The position numbers and the translations under genes are program-made. The notes under the pieces were generated by a model. The model worked only from the letters and a program-made list of their open reading frames with translations, was not told the DNA's origin and made no database searches. Shown piece after piece: positions 33,160 through 43,195 of a DNA stretch of 64,000 nucleotides; the stretch's first letter is position 1, and the number at the start of each line of letters is the position of its first letter. The stretch is from an uncultured Candidatus Rokubacteria bacterium. Lineage in GTDB: Bacteria > Methylomirabilota > Methylomirabilia > Rokubacteriales > CSP1-6. The stretch lies in NCBI GenBank assembly GCA_963771355.1, contig CAVYTA010000005.1:832001-896000 (forward strand), given 5' to 3'.

Positions 33160-33324
33160 ATGCCGCACTATGAGTTCCACTGCGAGCGGTGCAAGAAGGA
33201 CGTGGTCCTCCCGTTGTCCATCAGGGACCGGGAGCGGGGGGACTACACATGTCCCGGCTGCGGAGGCAAGAAGCTGCAGCCGCTGATGGCCACGTTCTTC
33301 TCCCAAACGTCCAGAAAAGCGTGA
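33160..33324 (+). CDS. FmdB family zinc-ribbon protein
   Basis: MPHYEFHCERC...CPGCG. Confidence 0.85.
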   Translation: MPHYEFHCERCKKDVVLPLSIRDRERGDYTCPGCGGKKLQPLMATFFSQTSRKA

Positions 33325-33334
33325 GGAGGAGCCC

Positions 33335-33862
33335 ATGAACTTGAAGGGTAAGCGGATTGCGATCCTGGCCGAAAACCTCTACCAAGAGATGGAGCTATGG
33401 GTGCCGTATTACCGCATGAAGGAGGAGGGGGCCGAGGTCAAGGTGGTGGGCGCCGGCGGGAGCCGGTCCTACACCTCCAAGCACGGTTACCCGGTCACGG
33501 TTGATGTCCAGGCCGACGCCGTGACCGCGGTGGAGTTCGACGCGGTGATCGTGCCGGGCGGGTATGCGCCGGACATGATGCGGCGGCATGATGCCATGGT
33601 GAAGCTGGTGCGGGAGGCCGCCCAGGGAGGCAAGGTGGTTGCGGCCATCTGCCATGCGGGGTGGATGCTGGCCAGCGCGGGGGTCATCAAGGGCAAGAAG
33701 GTCACCTCCTTCTTCTCCATCAAGGACGACATGGTGAACGCGGGCGGTCAGTGGTCGGACAGCGAGGTGGTGGTGGACGGCAACTTGATCACCTCGCGGA
33801 AGCCCGACGACCTCCCCGCCTTCTGCCGCGAGATCGTCCGGGCGCTGAGCAAGGCCGGCTAG
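33335..33862 (+). CDS. PfpI/DJ-1 family protein
   Basis: YQEMEL, VPGG, AICHAG, VVVDGNLITSRKPDD. Confidence 0.93.
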   Translation: MNLKGKRIAILAENLYQEMELWVPYYRMKEEGAEVKVVGAGGSRSYTSKHGYPVTVDVQADAVTAVEFDAVIVPGGYAPDMMRRHDAMVKLVREAAQGGKVVAAICHAGWMLASAGVIKGKKVTSFFSIKDDMVNAGGQWSDSEVVVDGNLITSRKPDDLPAFCREIVRALSKAG

Positions 33863-33882
33863 CCTTCGTTCGCCGAATCCGA

Positions 33883-33921
33883 CCCCCTCGCCCCGCCGGC
33901 CGGCCCAGGCGGGGCAGGGGG
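33883..33921. terminator. GC-rich stem-loop after pfpI-like gene
   Basis: CCCCCT-C-GCCCCGCC ... GGCGGGGC-AGGGGG. Confidence 0.4.
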
Positions 33922-33952
33922 CCGGACCTCACCCCCCACAGGAGGAGACTCC

Positions 33953-34426
33953 ATGAACCAGCTGGCAACAGTCGCCGCGATGCTCGTCGCGCTCGTCACG
34001 CTCATGCCGACGGCCGGGAGCCCCCAGGGCCACGGTGACCACGTGATGGTCACCCCGGCGGACCTCAAGTGGGCCGATGTGCCCTCGCTGCCGCCCGGCG
34101 CCAAGGTCGCCGTGATCGAGGGACCGATGAACGAGGCCAAGCCCTTCACGATGCGCCTGCGGCTCCCTGCCGACTACCAGGTCCCTGCGCACTTTCACAG
34201 CGCGATCGAGCACGTCACCGTGATCAGCGGCACCTTCAACATGGGCACCGGCGACAAGCTCGACACCAAGGCGACGCGGGCCCTCGGAGCGGGCAGCATC
34301 GCGATCATGCAGCCCGGCACCCGCCACTTCGCATGGACCAAGGAGGAAACCGTCGTCCAGGTCCACGGCGTGGGTCCGTGGACGGTCACCTACGTGAACC
34401 CGGCGGACGACCCGCGCAAGAAGTAG
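33953..34426 (+). CDS. exported cupin-domain protein
   Basis: Signal peptide; PAHFH..EHVTVISG, HFAW, QVHGVGP. Confidence 0.85.
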   Translation: MNQLATVAAMLVALVTLMPTAGSPQGHGDHVMVTPADLKWADVPSLPPGAKVAVIEGPMNEAKPFTMRLRLPADYQVPAHFHSAIEHVTVISGTFNMGTGDKLDTKATRALGAGSIAIMQPGTRHFAWTKEETVVQVHGVGPWTVTYVNPADDPRKK

Positions 34427-34429
34427 CAA

Positions 34430-34476
34430 CGGCGCGCGCCGGGCGGCCCGCGCACCCCGGTCGCCCGGCGCGCCGC
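34430..34476. terminator. inverted repeat between convergent genes
   Basis: GCGCGCCGGGCGGCC / GGTCGCCCGGCGCGC. Confidence 0.5.
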
Positions 34477-34480
34477 AGCC

Positions 34481-34786
34481 TCAGCGGAGCATCCAGGGCA
34501 TCACCCAGAGCGCTAGCGAGGCCGGCGTAGCGATCCAGAGCATGACGCGCTGCTGGTGCCCCCCAGCGCCTCGACGGTATGCGAAGTAGTGCCCGAGGGC
34601 GAGCGAGGCGATCGACACGGGAATCAGGACGATCTGCAGCTCCGCCATCCTGGCGGCGAGAGCTCCGCTCGCCACGCCCAGCACTCCGAGCGAGGCGGTC
34701 AGGAGCGTCGCCGGTCAGAGAACCCAGAGGAACGCCGAGCCAGCCGACAGCCCGCTTGACCATCCCACCTTGTGATCATTCAACAT
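34481..34786 (-). CDS. small MerT-like membrane protein with in-frame TGA (codon 24), candidate selenoprotein
   Basis: GAAAGGA RBS, ATG 34786; MLNDHKVGWSSGLSAGSAFLWVL-TGA(34717-34715)-PATLLTASLGVLGVASG continues in frame into ORF 34481..34684; three hydrophobic segments. Confidence 0.65.
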
Positions 34787-35450
34787 GTGCGATTCCTTTC
34801 TTGGTCCACGTGTCAGCGTCTGGGACTCGCCCACCGGGGGTGGGCTGGGCTATGCCGCGATAGAGGTACGAGCCCACCCGGGGTCCCGCAATGTAGCCCC
34901 GATTCACCTCCAAGGCTTCGAACCCACCCGATCGCAAGAGCCGGTCGATCGGTCGGTTCCAGTGGCAGCCACCCGCCACCCTCCGCCAGAGCGGCGTGAG
35001 CCGATCTTGCCACCGGACAACTGTCGGATCCGGCGAGCGTCCATGCTCGATGAAGATCAGCCGGCCCTGGGGCCGTAGCACACGACGCACCTCCTTGAGA
35101 GCCGCCACGGGATCCGGGATCGTGCAGAGCGTCCAGGTTGTAACGACGTCGTCCACCGACCCGGCCGCAAGCGGAATGGCCTCTGCCGGCCGGCAGAGGA
35201 ACTCCACCGGGAAGGCCGCGCCCTCCGCCCGCGAACGGGCCATCCGGAGCAGCTCCTCCGAGGGGTCCAGCGCGTAGAGCTTCAGCACCTCTCGGCTGTA
35301 GATCGGAAGGTTGAGTCCCGAGCCCACTCCGACCTCGAGGACCACACCTCTCGCCAGGGATACCCAGCGCGCCCGCTCGGGGCGGAGCGTACGGCTCCGC
35401 ATGGCGAGATCGGTGAGCGTCGGCAACACATGCTTGCGGTAGAGACCCAT
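34776..35450 (-). CDS. class I SAM-dependent methyltransferase
   Basis: VLEVGVGSG, AEAIP, TWTLCTIPD, RRVLRPQG, FIEHG, GGCHWNR. Confidence 0.9.
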   Translation of the reverse strand: MGLYRKHVLPTLTDLAMRSRTLRPERARWVSLARGVVLEVGVGSGLNLPIYSREVLKLYALDPSEELLRMARSRAEGAAFPVEFLCRPAEAIPLAAGSVDDVVTTWTLCTIPDPVAALKEVRRVLRPQGRLIFIEHGRSPDPTVVRWQDRLTPLWRRVAGGCHWNRPIDRLLRSGGFEALEVNRGYIAGPRVGSYLYRGIAQPTPGGRVPDADTWTKKGIAHVE

Positions 35451-35475
35451 CAGCCACCTCCTAGTAGCCAACCGC

Positions 35476-36181
35476 TCACCGGTGCATCTCCTGGCCCAAG
35501 GCTGCGACCAGCATCTGCACTACGGTGTCCTGCGCTACTCGCGGGTCGAACGGCTGCGGAGACGGATCCCAGTGGCGATGAACGGCCCAGAAGACCAGCG
35601 TCTCGATGATGAGCCGGGCGGCCACCATCGGGTCTGGGACCGGGCGCAACCGCCCCGCCCGGATGCCCCGCTCGAGGTATTGGGTCAGCAGGACCAGCAA
35701 CGCCTCGCGCCCCTGCGTGAACCAGAGCTTCGCGAGCGCCGGGTATTCAACCGCGCATCGGTCGACGAGCTTGATGCCGGTCCTGTTCCGCGCCATGGTT
35801 TCGTAGAGCTCACCCAGGATCCTGGTCAGCTCGGTCGCGTCCCCGGCGCCTCCGTGCCGCCTGAGTGCGACGAGGAGCGTCGGGCTCGCCGGCTGCTCGC
35901 GCGAGCCGCTGCTTGACCCACTGAAGAGTCCGGCCGCGGGCAGGCGTGCGGACCGGCAGACTTGGCGGCAGCGCGATCGGGCGCGGCGCGTCAGCGGAGC
36001 GGAGCACCGTGTCGAAGAGGGCGTCCTTGCTCTTCACGTAGAGGTAGACCGTACCCTTCGCCAGGCCCATCGCTTCGGCGATGTCACTCATCTGGGTGCG
36101 TCGGTACCCCTGGGCAATGAAGACACGCGTCGCAGCGTCGATGAGATCCTGAAAGCGCGAAGCGGGCACCCTGCGTGGCAC
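35476..36181 (-). CDS. TetR family regulator (frameshifted ~35810-35900)
   Basis: AATRVFIAQGY..TQMSDIAEAMGLAKGTVYLYVKSKDALF; C-terminal part in ORF 35476..35796. Confidence 0.8.
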
Positions 36182-36188
36182 GGCTCCG

Positions 36189-36216
36189 ACTTTACATGAC
36201 CGACCCGGTCAGTCAA
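36189..36216 (-). promoter_or_regulatory. promoter overlapped by a TetR-type palindromic operator
   Basis: TTGACT-16 nt-TAAAGT; palindrome TGACCGACC-C-GGTCAGTCA (36197-36215). Confidence 0.65.
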
Positions 36217-36261
36217 CTAGATTTTTCGAGGCCCCCGCTCGCCGGGGCTCTCTCGCCCTTC

Positions 36262-36693
36262 TCATCCGTCGCCCGCTCTGGCCGCCCGATCAGCGGCGAT
36301 GGTCTTCAACGAATCCTGTTCCAGCTTGAGCACGTGCTTGGCTACTACCCGGTAGGTCCACTGGTTGGGTGCGGTCTCACTGTTGAACTGCTCGTCGGTC
36401 AGCCCGATGAGTGAGCCGATCAGTCGCGCCCGCTCGGCGAGCCACTCGGCCAGGAGGCGTTGCATTGGCGACGCCGTGATCCGCGCCTCGTAGCGGCCCT
36501 CGAGGATCTGCGCGGTATGGATCTTTTCGTGATCGATATCGTTCGTGATGAGGGTCCAGACGTCCTTTCCTTGCGCGCAAGAGTGCGAGGATGGCGCCGC
36601 GAGCTCCCGATCGGACGCCTCGAGCAGGGCGTCCATGGTAGTCATCGTCTGCTCCATCAGCTCACGGATCGCACTGTGGACAGTCGCTGCCAT
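36262..36693 (-). CDS. DinB-like protein
   Basis: Helical; HEKIH and WTYRVVAKH DinB-type motifs; GGAGG RBS. Confidence 0.6.
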   Translation of the reverse strand: MAATVHSAIRELMEQTMTTMDALLEASDRELAAPSSHSCAQGKDVWTLITNDIDHEKIHTAQILEGRYEARITASPMQRLLAEWLAERARLIGSLIGLTDEQFNSETAPNQWTYRVVAKHVLKLEQDSLKTIAADRAARAGDG

Positions 36694-36741
36694 AGTTGCC
36701 TCCTGTCGGAGAGTCACCGCTTCGCCAGGGTCCAGAGGCCG

Positions 36742-37680
36742 TCATCGCCTGGTCGGTGCCTTTGCGTACGATACCGCGGCTCGACCCGGACCGCCGGCCG
36801 CTTCAAGCAGGTCCACGAAGGCTCGTCCGCTCGCCCCCAGCGTTCGGGCCTCGTTGTGGATCACGTGAAAGTGACGTCGAATGCGATGCCCACGAAGCCG
36901 GAGCGCGGATAGCTGCCCGGTTCGGAGCTCGCCGACAATCGCGTGCGACGACACGAACGCGACGCCCAAGCCCGCCATCACCGCCTGCTTGATCGCCTCG
37001 GTGTGGCCCAGCTCCATCGTGGGTCCGATTCGGGCGCCGACGTGCTGCAGCGCTCGCTCGGTGACCTGACGACTGGCCGACCCCTCCTCCCGGATGAGCA
37101 GCCGTTCCGCGCCGAGCAGGTTGGGGGCGATCTCGCGGCGTCGGCTCCAACGATGCCCCGGCGGCACAATGAGCACCAGCTCATCACAAATTCCCTTGGC
37201 CAGGCATTCCTCGCCGGGGGGGAACCCGTGTCCCCCGACCACGCCGAGATCGAGCTCGTTGGCGCGGATCTGTGCCTCGATGTCGGCTGAATTGGCGATC
37301 CGCACGCGCAGGGTGATCCCGGGGTACTGCCTCTGGAAGCGAGCGGCGAGGTGAGGGAGAACGTAGATCCCGGGAGTGGTACTGGCGCCGATCAGCAGCG
37401 AGCCGCGCTTCAGCCCCTCGAGCTCGGCGACGGTCTCGCGCGCGCTGGCAAGGGTCGCGAGGACACGTTGTGCGTGCTCCTCGAAGATTCGCCCGGCCTC
37501 GGTGAGAGCGACTCGCCGATTGAGCCGGTCGAAGAGGCGGGCGCCCAGCTCTCGTTCGAGCTCCGCTACGTGCTGAGAGAGGGCCGGTTGACTGAGGTGC
37601 AGAACCTCCGCCGCGGCCCGGAAGCTTCCGGCGCGCGCCACCGCGAGAAATACCTCGACCTGCCGGAGGGTGATCTGCAT
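36742..37680 (-). CDS. LysR family regulator (CysL/CmpR-like)
   Basis: SFRAAAEVLHLSQPALSQ, IGASTTPG, REEGSASR, TEAIKQAV.AGLG. Confidence 0.92.
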   Translation of the reverse strand: MQITLRQVEVFLAVARAGSFRAAAEVLHLSQPALSQHVAELERELGARLFDRLNRRVALTEAGRIFEEHAQRVLATLASARETVAELEGLKRGSLLIGASTTPGIYVLPHLAARFQRQYPGITLRVRIANSADIEAQIRANELDLGVVGGHGFPPGEECLAKGICDELVLIVPPGHRWSRRREIAPNLLGAERLLIREEGSASRQVTERALQHVGARIGPTMELGHTEAIKQAVMAGLGVAFVSSHAIVGELRTGQLSALRLRGHRIRRHFHVIHNEARTLGASGRAFVDLLEAAGGPGRAAVSYAKAPTRR

Positions 37681-37690
37681 AAGCCAGGCC

Positions 37691-37705
37691 TTATCGAACG
37701 GATAA
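37691..37705. promoter_or_regulatory. LysR-type T-N11-A palindromic box
   Basis: TTATC-GAACG-GATAA between divergent lysR and desaturase genes. Confidence 0.55.
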
Positions 37706-37751
37706 CAACACGCGATTGGAGCTTAATCAAGCCTGCCCTTAGCTTCGAGGT

Positions 37752-38580
37752 GTGGATCTCGTTGCGCAGGAGCCCACGGTTCGGGTGGCAATCTTCGCCG
37801 CGGCCTTGAGCTTGGTCGCGGCCGGCGAGATCGTGGCCCCGCGGCGCCCCCTCACCGTCCCCCGCCGGTCTCGATGGCCCAGCAACCTCGCCATCGTTCT
37901 TCTCAACACCCTCTTGGTGCGGGCGTTGCTCCCCGTGACCGCGGTGAGCATGGCCATGCTGGCGGAGGAGCGAGGTTGGGGACTCTTTCACGCGTCCGGA
38001 CCCTTACCCGCCTGGCTCGTCGTTCCGGTTACCGTGGTCTTCCTGGATCTCGCCATTTACCTCCAGCACGTCCTCTTTCATGCCGTGCCTATTCTGTGGC
38101 GGTTGCATCGCATGCATCACGCCGACCTGGACGTGGACGTGACCACGGGCGCGCGGTTCCATCCCCTCGAGATCGTGCTTTCGATGCTCCTGAAGTTCGG
38201 GGTGATCGCCGCGCTCGGAGCTCCGCCGCTCGCCGTCCTCGTGTTCGAGCTCCTTCTCAGTACCGGCTCCCTGTTCAACCATGGAAATCTTCGTCTGCCG
38301 CTTCCGAGCCGACGGAATCCTCCGCTGGATCGTCGTGACCCCCGATATGCATCGCGTCCACCACTCCGTTGCCCCGGGGGAGACCAATCGCAATTTCGGG
38401 TTCACGTTCTCCTGGTGGGATTGGATCGGCGGAACCTACCGGGCGCAGCCAGCCGGCGGCCACGCCCGAATGTTGCTCGGGATCGCTCAGTTCCGGGACG
38501 TGAGCGACCTACGCCTTGATCGCCTCTTGCTCCAGCCTCTTCTCGACGGCCCGGGGTCGTCGATAGGTACGGGCCGCTAG
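37752..38580 (+). CDS. sterol desaturase / fatty-acid hydroxylase family (frameshift ~38305)
   Basis: His boxes HVLFH, HRMHH, RFHP, HRVHH, NFG. Confidence 0.85.
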
Positions 38581-38611
38581 TGTTGGCCTGGTCCCGTCCC
38601 GACCGGTCGGG

Positions 38612-38735
38612 CAATCCCCCGATCCAAGACCTCCCCGGTCGCCTTGGGCACGAAGCGAACGCGTTCCGCCTGTGCCGCCTTGTTCTTCATGGCGAGCTCG
38701 ATGAGTGTCGGCACATACTTAGCGTAGACGCCCAT
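38612..38735 (-). pseudogene. 5' fragment of a methyltransferase paralogous to 34776..35450
   Basis: MGVYAKYVPTLIELAMKNKAAQAERVRFVPKATGEVL aligns with MGLYRKHVLPTLTDLAMRSRTLRPERARWVSLARGVVL and stops at the Gly-rich motif. Confidence 0.7.
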
Positions 38736-39856
38736 CCCCCTCCTCTCGCCGGGATGCTTCGTAGCGTTGTCTAATGTCGGCCTCGGTCACTGGATACGCC
38801 GGTACAAGATCGCCATCGAGATTGCGGCGGATCACTCCGCTGTCGATTGCTCGCTCCTCCGCTCTGGCCTTGTCGTCGCTCGACCATCCGCGCGTCACCG
38901 GTAAACGCGAGAACTTCCCATAGTGAACGAGCGATTCCACCCAGGCCACCTCTTCGCTTCCCAGCCGTTCTCTCGCGCACTGGAGAAGCTCCTCGGAGGC
39001 CATCTCCAGGCGGCGCAATACAAAGCGGCCCGGTATCGCGAGGTCCGCATACTGCTCGAAAGCGTCTCGCATACCGTCGGAGGATCGTGCCGCGCGTCGT
39101 GATCCGCCCCACCCCGGTATCCCGCCCCGCCTTCCGTCACTTGCTCCTGGCGATGAAACACCGCCAGGAATGATCCGTCCACGACGTAGAACTTCTGGTG
39201 GATCCGATCCCGCTCGAGAACCATGACGTCTATCCCGTGTTCTTCGATATCGCGCCTGACGATCTTCAGCCCATGGGCGATGACCTCGTCGAGATCGACC
39301 ACTCGACGGTAGGTCACTCCGGCACCGAGCCGGTCGCTCAAGGTCGCCCAGAACGACGCCACCTGCGGTAGTCGAGGGGACTTGCTGACCGCCACGATGG
39401 TCCGGCGGGCCTGCCCCATGGCCTCACAAATCAACTGCGCAAACTCATCCGTCGTCGCGGCGTCCCACTCGTGGTGGGCGAGCGCCGCTGCGAACGGTCG
39501 ATGAGCCGGCTGGCGACCGCGATGATCTCATCGCATATGCCGTCGCAGAATGTCCCGCCGGCATCGCCTCGTTAGTGCGCCATAGCAGCTCCGAGCTCAG
39601 GGACCGCCAGGCGATGTTCGGACTGATCGCATAGTACTGACGGCGTCGCAATCTCCGATACACACTGCCGACAAGACCCCGTTCCTGTAGCTGCCGCAGC
39701 GCACTGCCGACCTCGGTCGAGCACTCCGCTGAGCATCGACACGATCGCTCTCTTCGGCACCGGACCGCACGTCAACACGACCCCATACACTTGGGTCGCG
39801 GTCCGATCGAACCCGAGCTCGCTCATGAGCTGAAACAGCCGCACTCTATCGTCCAA
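38719..39856 (-). CDS. TrmB-like regulator (N-terminal HTH plus PLD-like domain), multiply frameshifted
   Basis: LMSELGF...QVYGVVL, YYAISP, GVTYRRVV, HQKFYVVD in successive frames. Confidence 0.5.
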
Positions 39857-39885
39857 CCCGTCCCCGCCTTTCGCCCCTGAGCATA

Positions 39886-41061
39886 TTACGAAGTGCTTCG
39901 AGCGCGGCTCGCCGCCCGTGGCCCAGAGCGCGGCCGCGGCGAGCGTGCCGATCACGCCCGCCGCGCCCCCCGCCGCGAAGCCCACGACATACCCATGCTG
40001 CGTGATGATGGGCCCCAGCCCAAAGGAACCGAGCGCGAACCCCAGATAGAGGGACGTGCTATAGCCCCCCATGACGAGCCCCCTGGTCGCGGGCGTCGCG
40101 GCGGACGCCAGGGCTACGCCAACGGCGACAAACGCGATCCCGCTGACCGCACCGAAGACGGCCACCAGCAGGAGCAAGGGCGTCTGGCCACCGACGTGAG
40201 GCAGAAGAATCGTCGCGACAGATGCGACCAGGACGCCAACGATTGCGCAGGGAGCGGGCCGCCCGGTGCGATCCACGAGCCAGCCCGCCGGCAACCGGGC
40301 CACCGTGTTGGCGAGCCGAGGACGAGGAATACGAAGCCGATGGCTGCGGGCGTGAGTCCTCGATCATGGCCGAGCAGCGGAAAGAAGCTGAAGACGACAC
40401 CCTGAATGAGAAGGCCGCTGATGGACAGGATCCACCCGGCCCAGACGGCGGCATTGCCTCTGATGTCGGTAAACGTTGCGCCGGATCGAGAGGTCGGAAG
40501 GGCGGGGGGCCGAATGGGGAGGACGAGGCCAACGATCAGAGCGAAGGCGACGCCGACGGCGCTCGTAACGAATGCGGCACGGTAGCCCCACCATTCGGCA
40601 GCGAGGCCGCCCAGGTACGGCCCGACTCCAATCGCTGCCATAGTGCGCCGTCGAGTACCACGCGAAGGCGTGTCCAGCCCGGCCCGGAGCCGCCGCGTCG
40701 CCCACCAACGAGAGGGCGCTCGGTGTGAACGCCGCCACTCCGAGACCCGCGAGGCCATAGATTGCCATCAGGGCGAGCGGATCTCGACCAGAGGGAGGAG
40801 CAGGGAGGTCCCGATGCTGACGATCATTCCTCCTAGCAGGAACCGGCGCCGGCCCCAAACGTCCGAGGCACGACCGAACGGGATGGAGCCGACCGCCGCC
40901 ACCATCATGTGCGCACCGAGGATCAGCCCGACCCCCGTGGCGGAGGCCCCGTGGGTGACGGCATAGAGGGGCAGGATCGGACCACGCATCTGCGCCGCGG
41001 CGTAGTGGAGGAACGTAAGCAGGCAAACGACGGCGAGAACGCTAAGAGGATTCGACGCCAA
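39886..41061 (-). CDS. MFS transporter, frameshifted
   Basis: PILPLYA, GRASDVWGRRR, GWLVDRTGR, TRGLVMGGY across frames. Confidence 0.8.
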
Positions 41062-41210
41062 GGCAAAGTCCCCCTGTCAACAGCTTTGAGGGACCTTACA
41101 GTCGCGGGCCTGGAGGCCCACGAACCCGTGGATCGAGGAGCGACCCACATCATTCCCTAACGTCGCCCTCGACAATAGTCTTCCATCGGACGTTCGTCAA
41201 GCTAAGCGGT

Positions 41211-41480
41211 CTATCGTTCTTCCGCTGCGTACGCCCCATACGCGAACGTCCGACGGTACGTGCGACCACAAGATCGAACCGTATCACCCGGCTACCGGGA
41301 GGCCACGTCATCGCAGGCGGGGCAGTCGCCCGGTGAGCGAGCGTCGCGGACCAGCGACCGGCGTCTTCTACACGCGCAGAGCGTGTCCCGCGCAGTGTGG
41401 GCACTCCACCAGGTCCCCCGACCGGGTTCCGTCGGGCAACGCGATCAGCGCGCCACAGTCGGGGCAGCCACTACCGGCAT
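41211..41480 (-). pseudogene. degenerate Cys-rich zinc-ribbon-like protein
   Basis: DCG..ECPHCAG..CPACDD..DTVRSCGRTYRRTFAYGAYA; C-terminal half matches 46173..46325. Confidence 0.6.
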
Positions 41481-41695
41481 CACCGAATCCCAAGAGCCGC
41501 TGCAGCCGTCGCGGTCAAGCCGACGACAACTCGTCGTCTACGGTGATGACGGGGACTGCATCGCCCGGTTCGCGTGATGAGCTCATCGCGCGTGCGGATC
41601 TCGGAACGTTTTGGCGTGAAGGCGAGGCATGAGAAAGAAACTCTTTCGCGCTGAAAGCTGTAGGTGAGAATGACGGTGATCTGCCGAGTCGCCAC
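41480..41695 (-). pseudogene. degenerate glutaredoxin/NrdH-like protein
   Basis: Fragments in shifting frames: AKEFLS, DELITRTG, VPVITVDDE, RLQRLLG; active-site region unreadable. Confidence 0.55.
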
Positions 41696-41696
41696 G

Positions 41697-42362
41697 CTAG
41701 TATCTCGTGAGCAAGCCCCCGAAGATCCAGTGGCCGATCTTGAACGCTTCCGTGACGGTGGCTCCAGAGCCTTGAGCGGCCGGGTTCGCGTCTCGCCAGG
41801 CCCTCAGATGTTCTTCCGACCGGAAGAAGTTGATCGTCGTTCAGAGCGAGTCGAAGGCCTTGCACGGCTCGTCACCGCGCGCTCCGAACCACACCATCAG
41901 CCCTTCGGCGGTCCCCACCACTCCGTCCGGCGTTGTGGCGATCTTCAGCGGTTCACCGCAGTGATGGCAGGACGACGTGATCTCGACGGGTTCTCCGACC
42001 ATCGGCGCGATGCCGAGTGCGTCGGTCGCGCAGCAGGCGTAGCGCTCGCGGGCGCCTGACAGACGCAGGCGAAACGGCGTTGCCGCGGCCGAGAACGGGT
42101 AGGCGACGTCGATCCGACCAGTGCGGATCCGGATCAGGTCGTCAGCATCGAGCGCGACGAGGGCATCGTGGACCGCCTCGGCCCGACGGTCAGGCGAGCC
42201 GGCGACGATGTCCTCGACGGGAATCGGCCCGCCTCGCTGCAGAAAGGTCCGGAGGATGAGCCGGACGAGAGGCTGCTGCCGAGCCGCCCGGCGAGCGGCC
42301 TGCCGCTCAAGCGGATCGAGGGCCTTCAATTCGTCAGCCGTCAGGATCACCAGGTTTGCCAC
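41697..42362 (-). CDS. merB: MerB-family organomercurial lyase homologue with in-frame TGA (codon 174), candidate selenoenzyme
   Basis: [14 protein letters not shown] (Cys96/Asp99 equivalents), SSCHHCG; FDSL-TGA(41843-41841)[15 protein letters not shown]...[18 protein letters not shown] matches the MerB SFCCHVHFFAS region. Confidence 0.85.
41811..41828 (-). promoter_or_regulatory. candidate bacterial SECIS hairpin
   Basis: 12 nt after TGA: UUCUUCC-GGUC-GGAAGAA, perfect 7-bp stem with G-first GGUC loop. Confidence 0.7.
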
Positions 42363-42389
42363 GATCGGCCTCCCCTCTCACTCGAACCG

Positions 42390-42420
42390 AGCGTAGAGTC
42401 TGTAGTAGCTCCAGACTCAA
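42390..42420 (-). promoter_or_regulatory. MerR-type promoter/operator (19-bp spacer) driving merB
   Basis: TTGAGT-19 nt-TACGCT with GAGTCTG...CAGACTC dyad. Confidence 0.8.
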
Positions 42421-42446
42421 GGATTATTTCAGAAGGGGGCAAGGGC

Positions 42447-42879
42447 ATGGCGGACACGGGGCGGATCGCCATCGGCGCGCTGTCGAAGCGGACCGGTACC
42501 AATATCGAGACCATCCGCTACTACGAGCGCGTCAGGTTGCTGCCCGCTCCGGCTCGGAGCTCGGGAGGCTACCGCCTGTATGGGACTGGGCACCTGAAGC
42601 GGCTGAGCTTCATCCGCCGGGCGCGCGCGCTCGGGTTCTCGCTCGCCGAGGTGCGAACCCTGCTGGCTCTTGCAGATCAGCGACGGCGCCCGTGCGCCGA
42701 GGTGCGGGTGGTGGCGGCGGCTCACCTTGATGACGTGAAAGGAAGATCGCGACTTGAAGGCGATGGAACATGCGCTGGCAGAGACCATCGCGCGCTGTGA
42801 GGCGGGTAGCGGCTCGCACTGTCCGGTGATCGACGCGCTATGTACCACCCGAGGCTACCCAGCCCAGAAGCGCGGATAG
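42447..42879 (+). CDS. MerR family metal regulator (three-Cys MerR/CadR/PbrR type), frameshift ~42745
   Basis: IETIRYYER, GGYRLY, FIRRARALGFSL, PCAEVR, RCEAGSGSHCPVIDAL. Confidence 0.85.
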
Positions 42880-43195
42880 AGCTCCCGGAGTTGCCAAGAC
42901 CAACCGGACGTCTGGGCGGCGGCGCTCGGTCAGATAGCGCTCCCGCACCGTCGGATCGCTCAGCGGCGTGCCGCTGGCGCAGCACATGATGGAGCGCGCG
43001 TCGTCGGTATGCGGCAGGCCCACGGCGTGGCCCAGCTCGTGGCCGCCCACCTCGACCAGGAGCGGCTCCGACTCCGGGTGGACGCCCCCAAGAGGCAGCA
43101 TCAGGTCGATGCGCACCGGGCGCTTGATCGCCCCGAGATCGTCGTGTTCGAGGTAGGTCCGGTTGGGCACCTGAGGAAACCTCTCAGGGACGAGA
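42838..43195 (-). pseudogene. 3' fragment of a matrixin/metzincin zinc metalloprotease
   Basis: HELGHAVGLPH plus SIM Met-turn; 5' part replaced by the czcA fragment. Confidence 0.65.

Noticed and set aside
39572..40303. MFS-TrmB fusion protein
   Set aside because: Both genes are frameshifted elsewhere. A TAA at 39886 in an adjacent frame and a TTG start at 39856 suggest an indel artefact.
41480..41695. Glutaredoxin as a fourth selenoprotein
   Set aside because: The active-site region is too degraded to read Cys or TGA.
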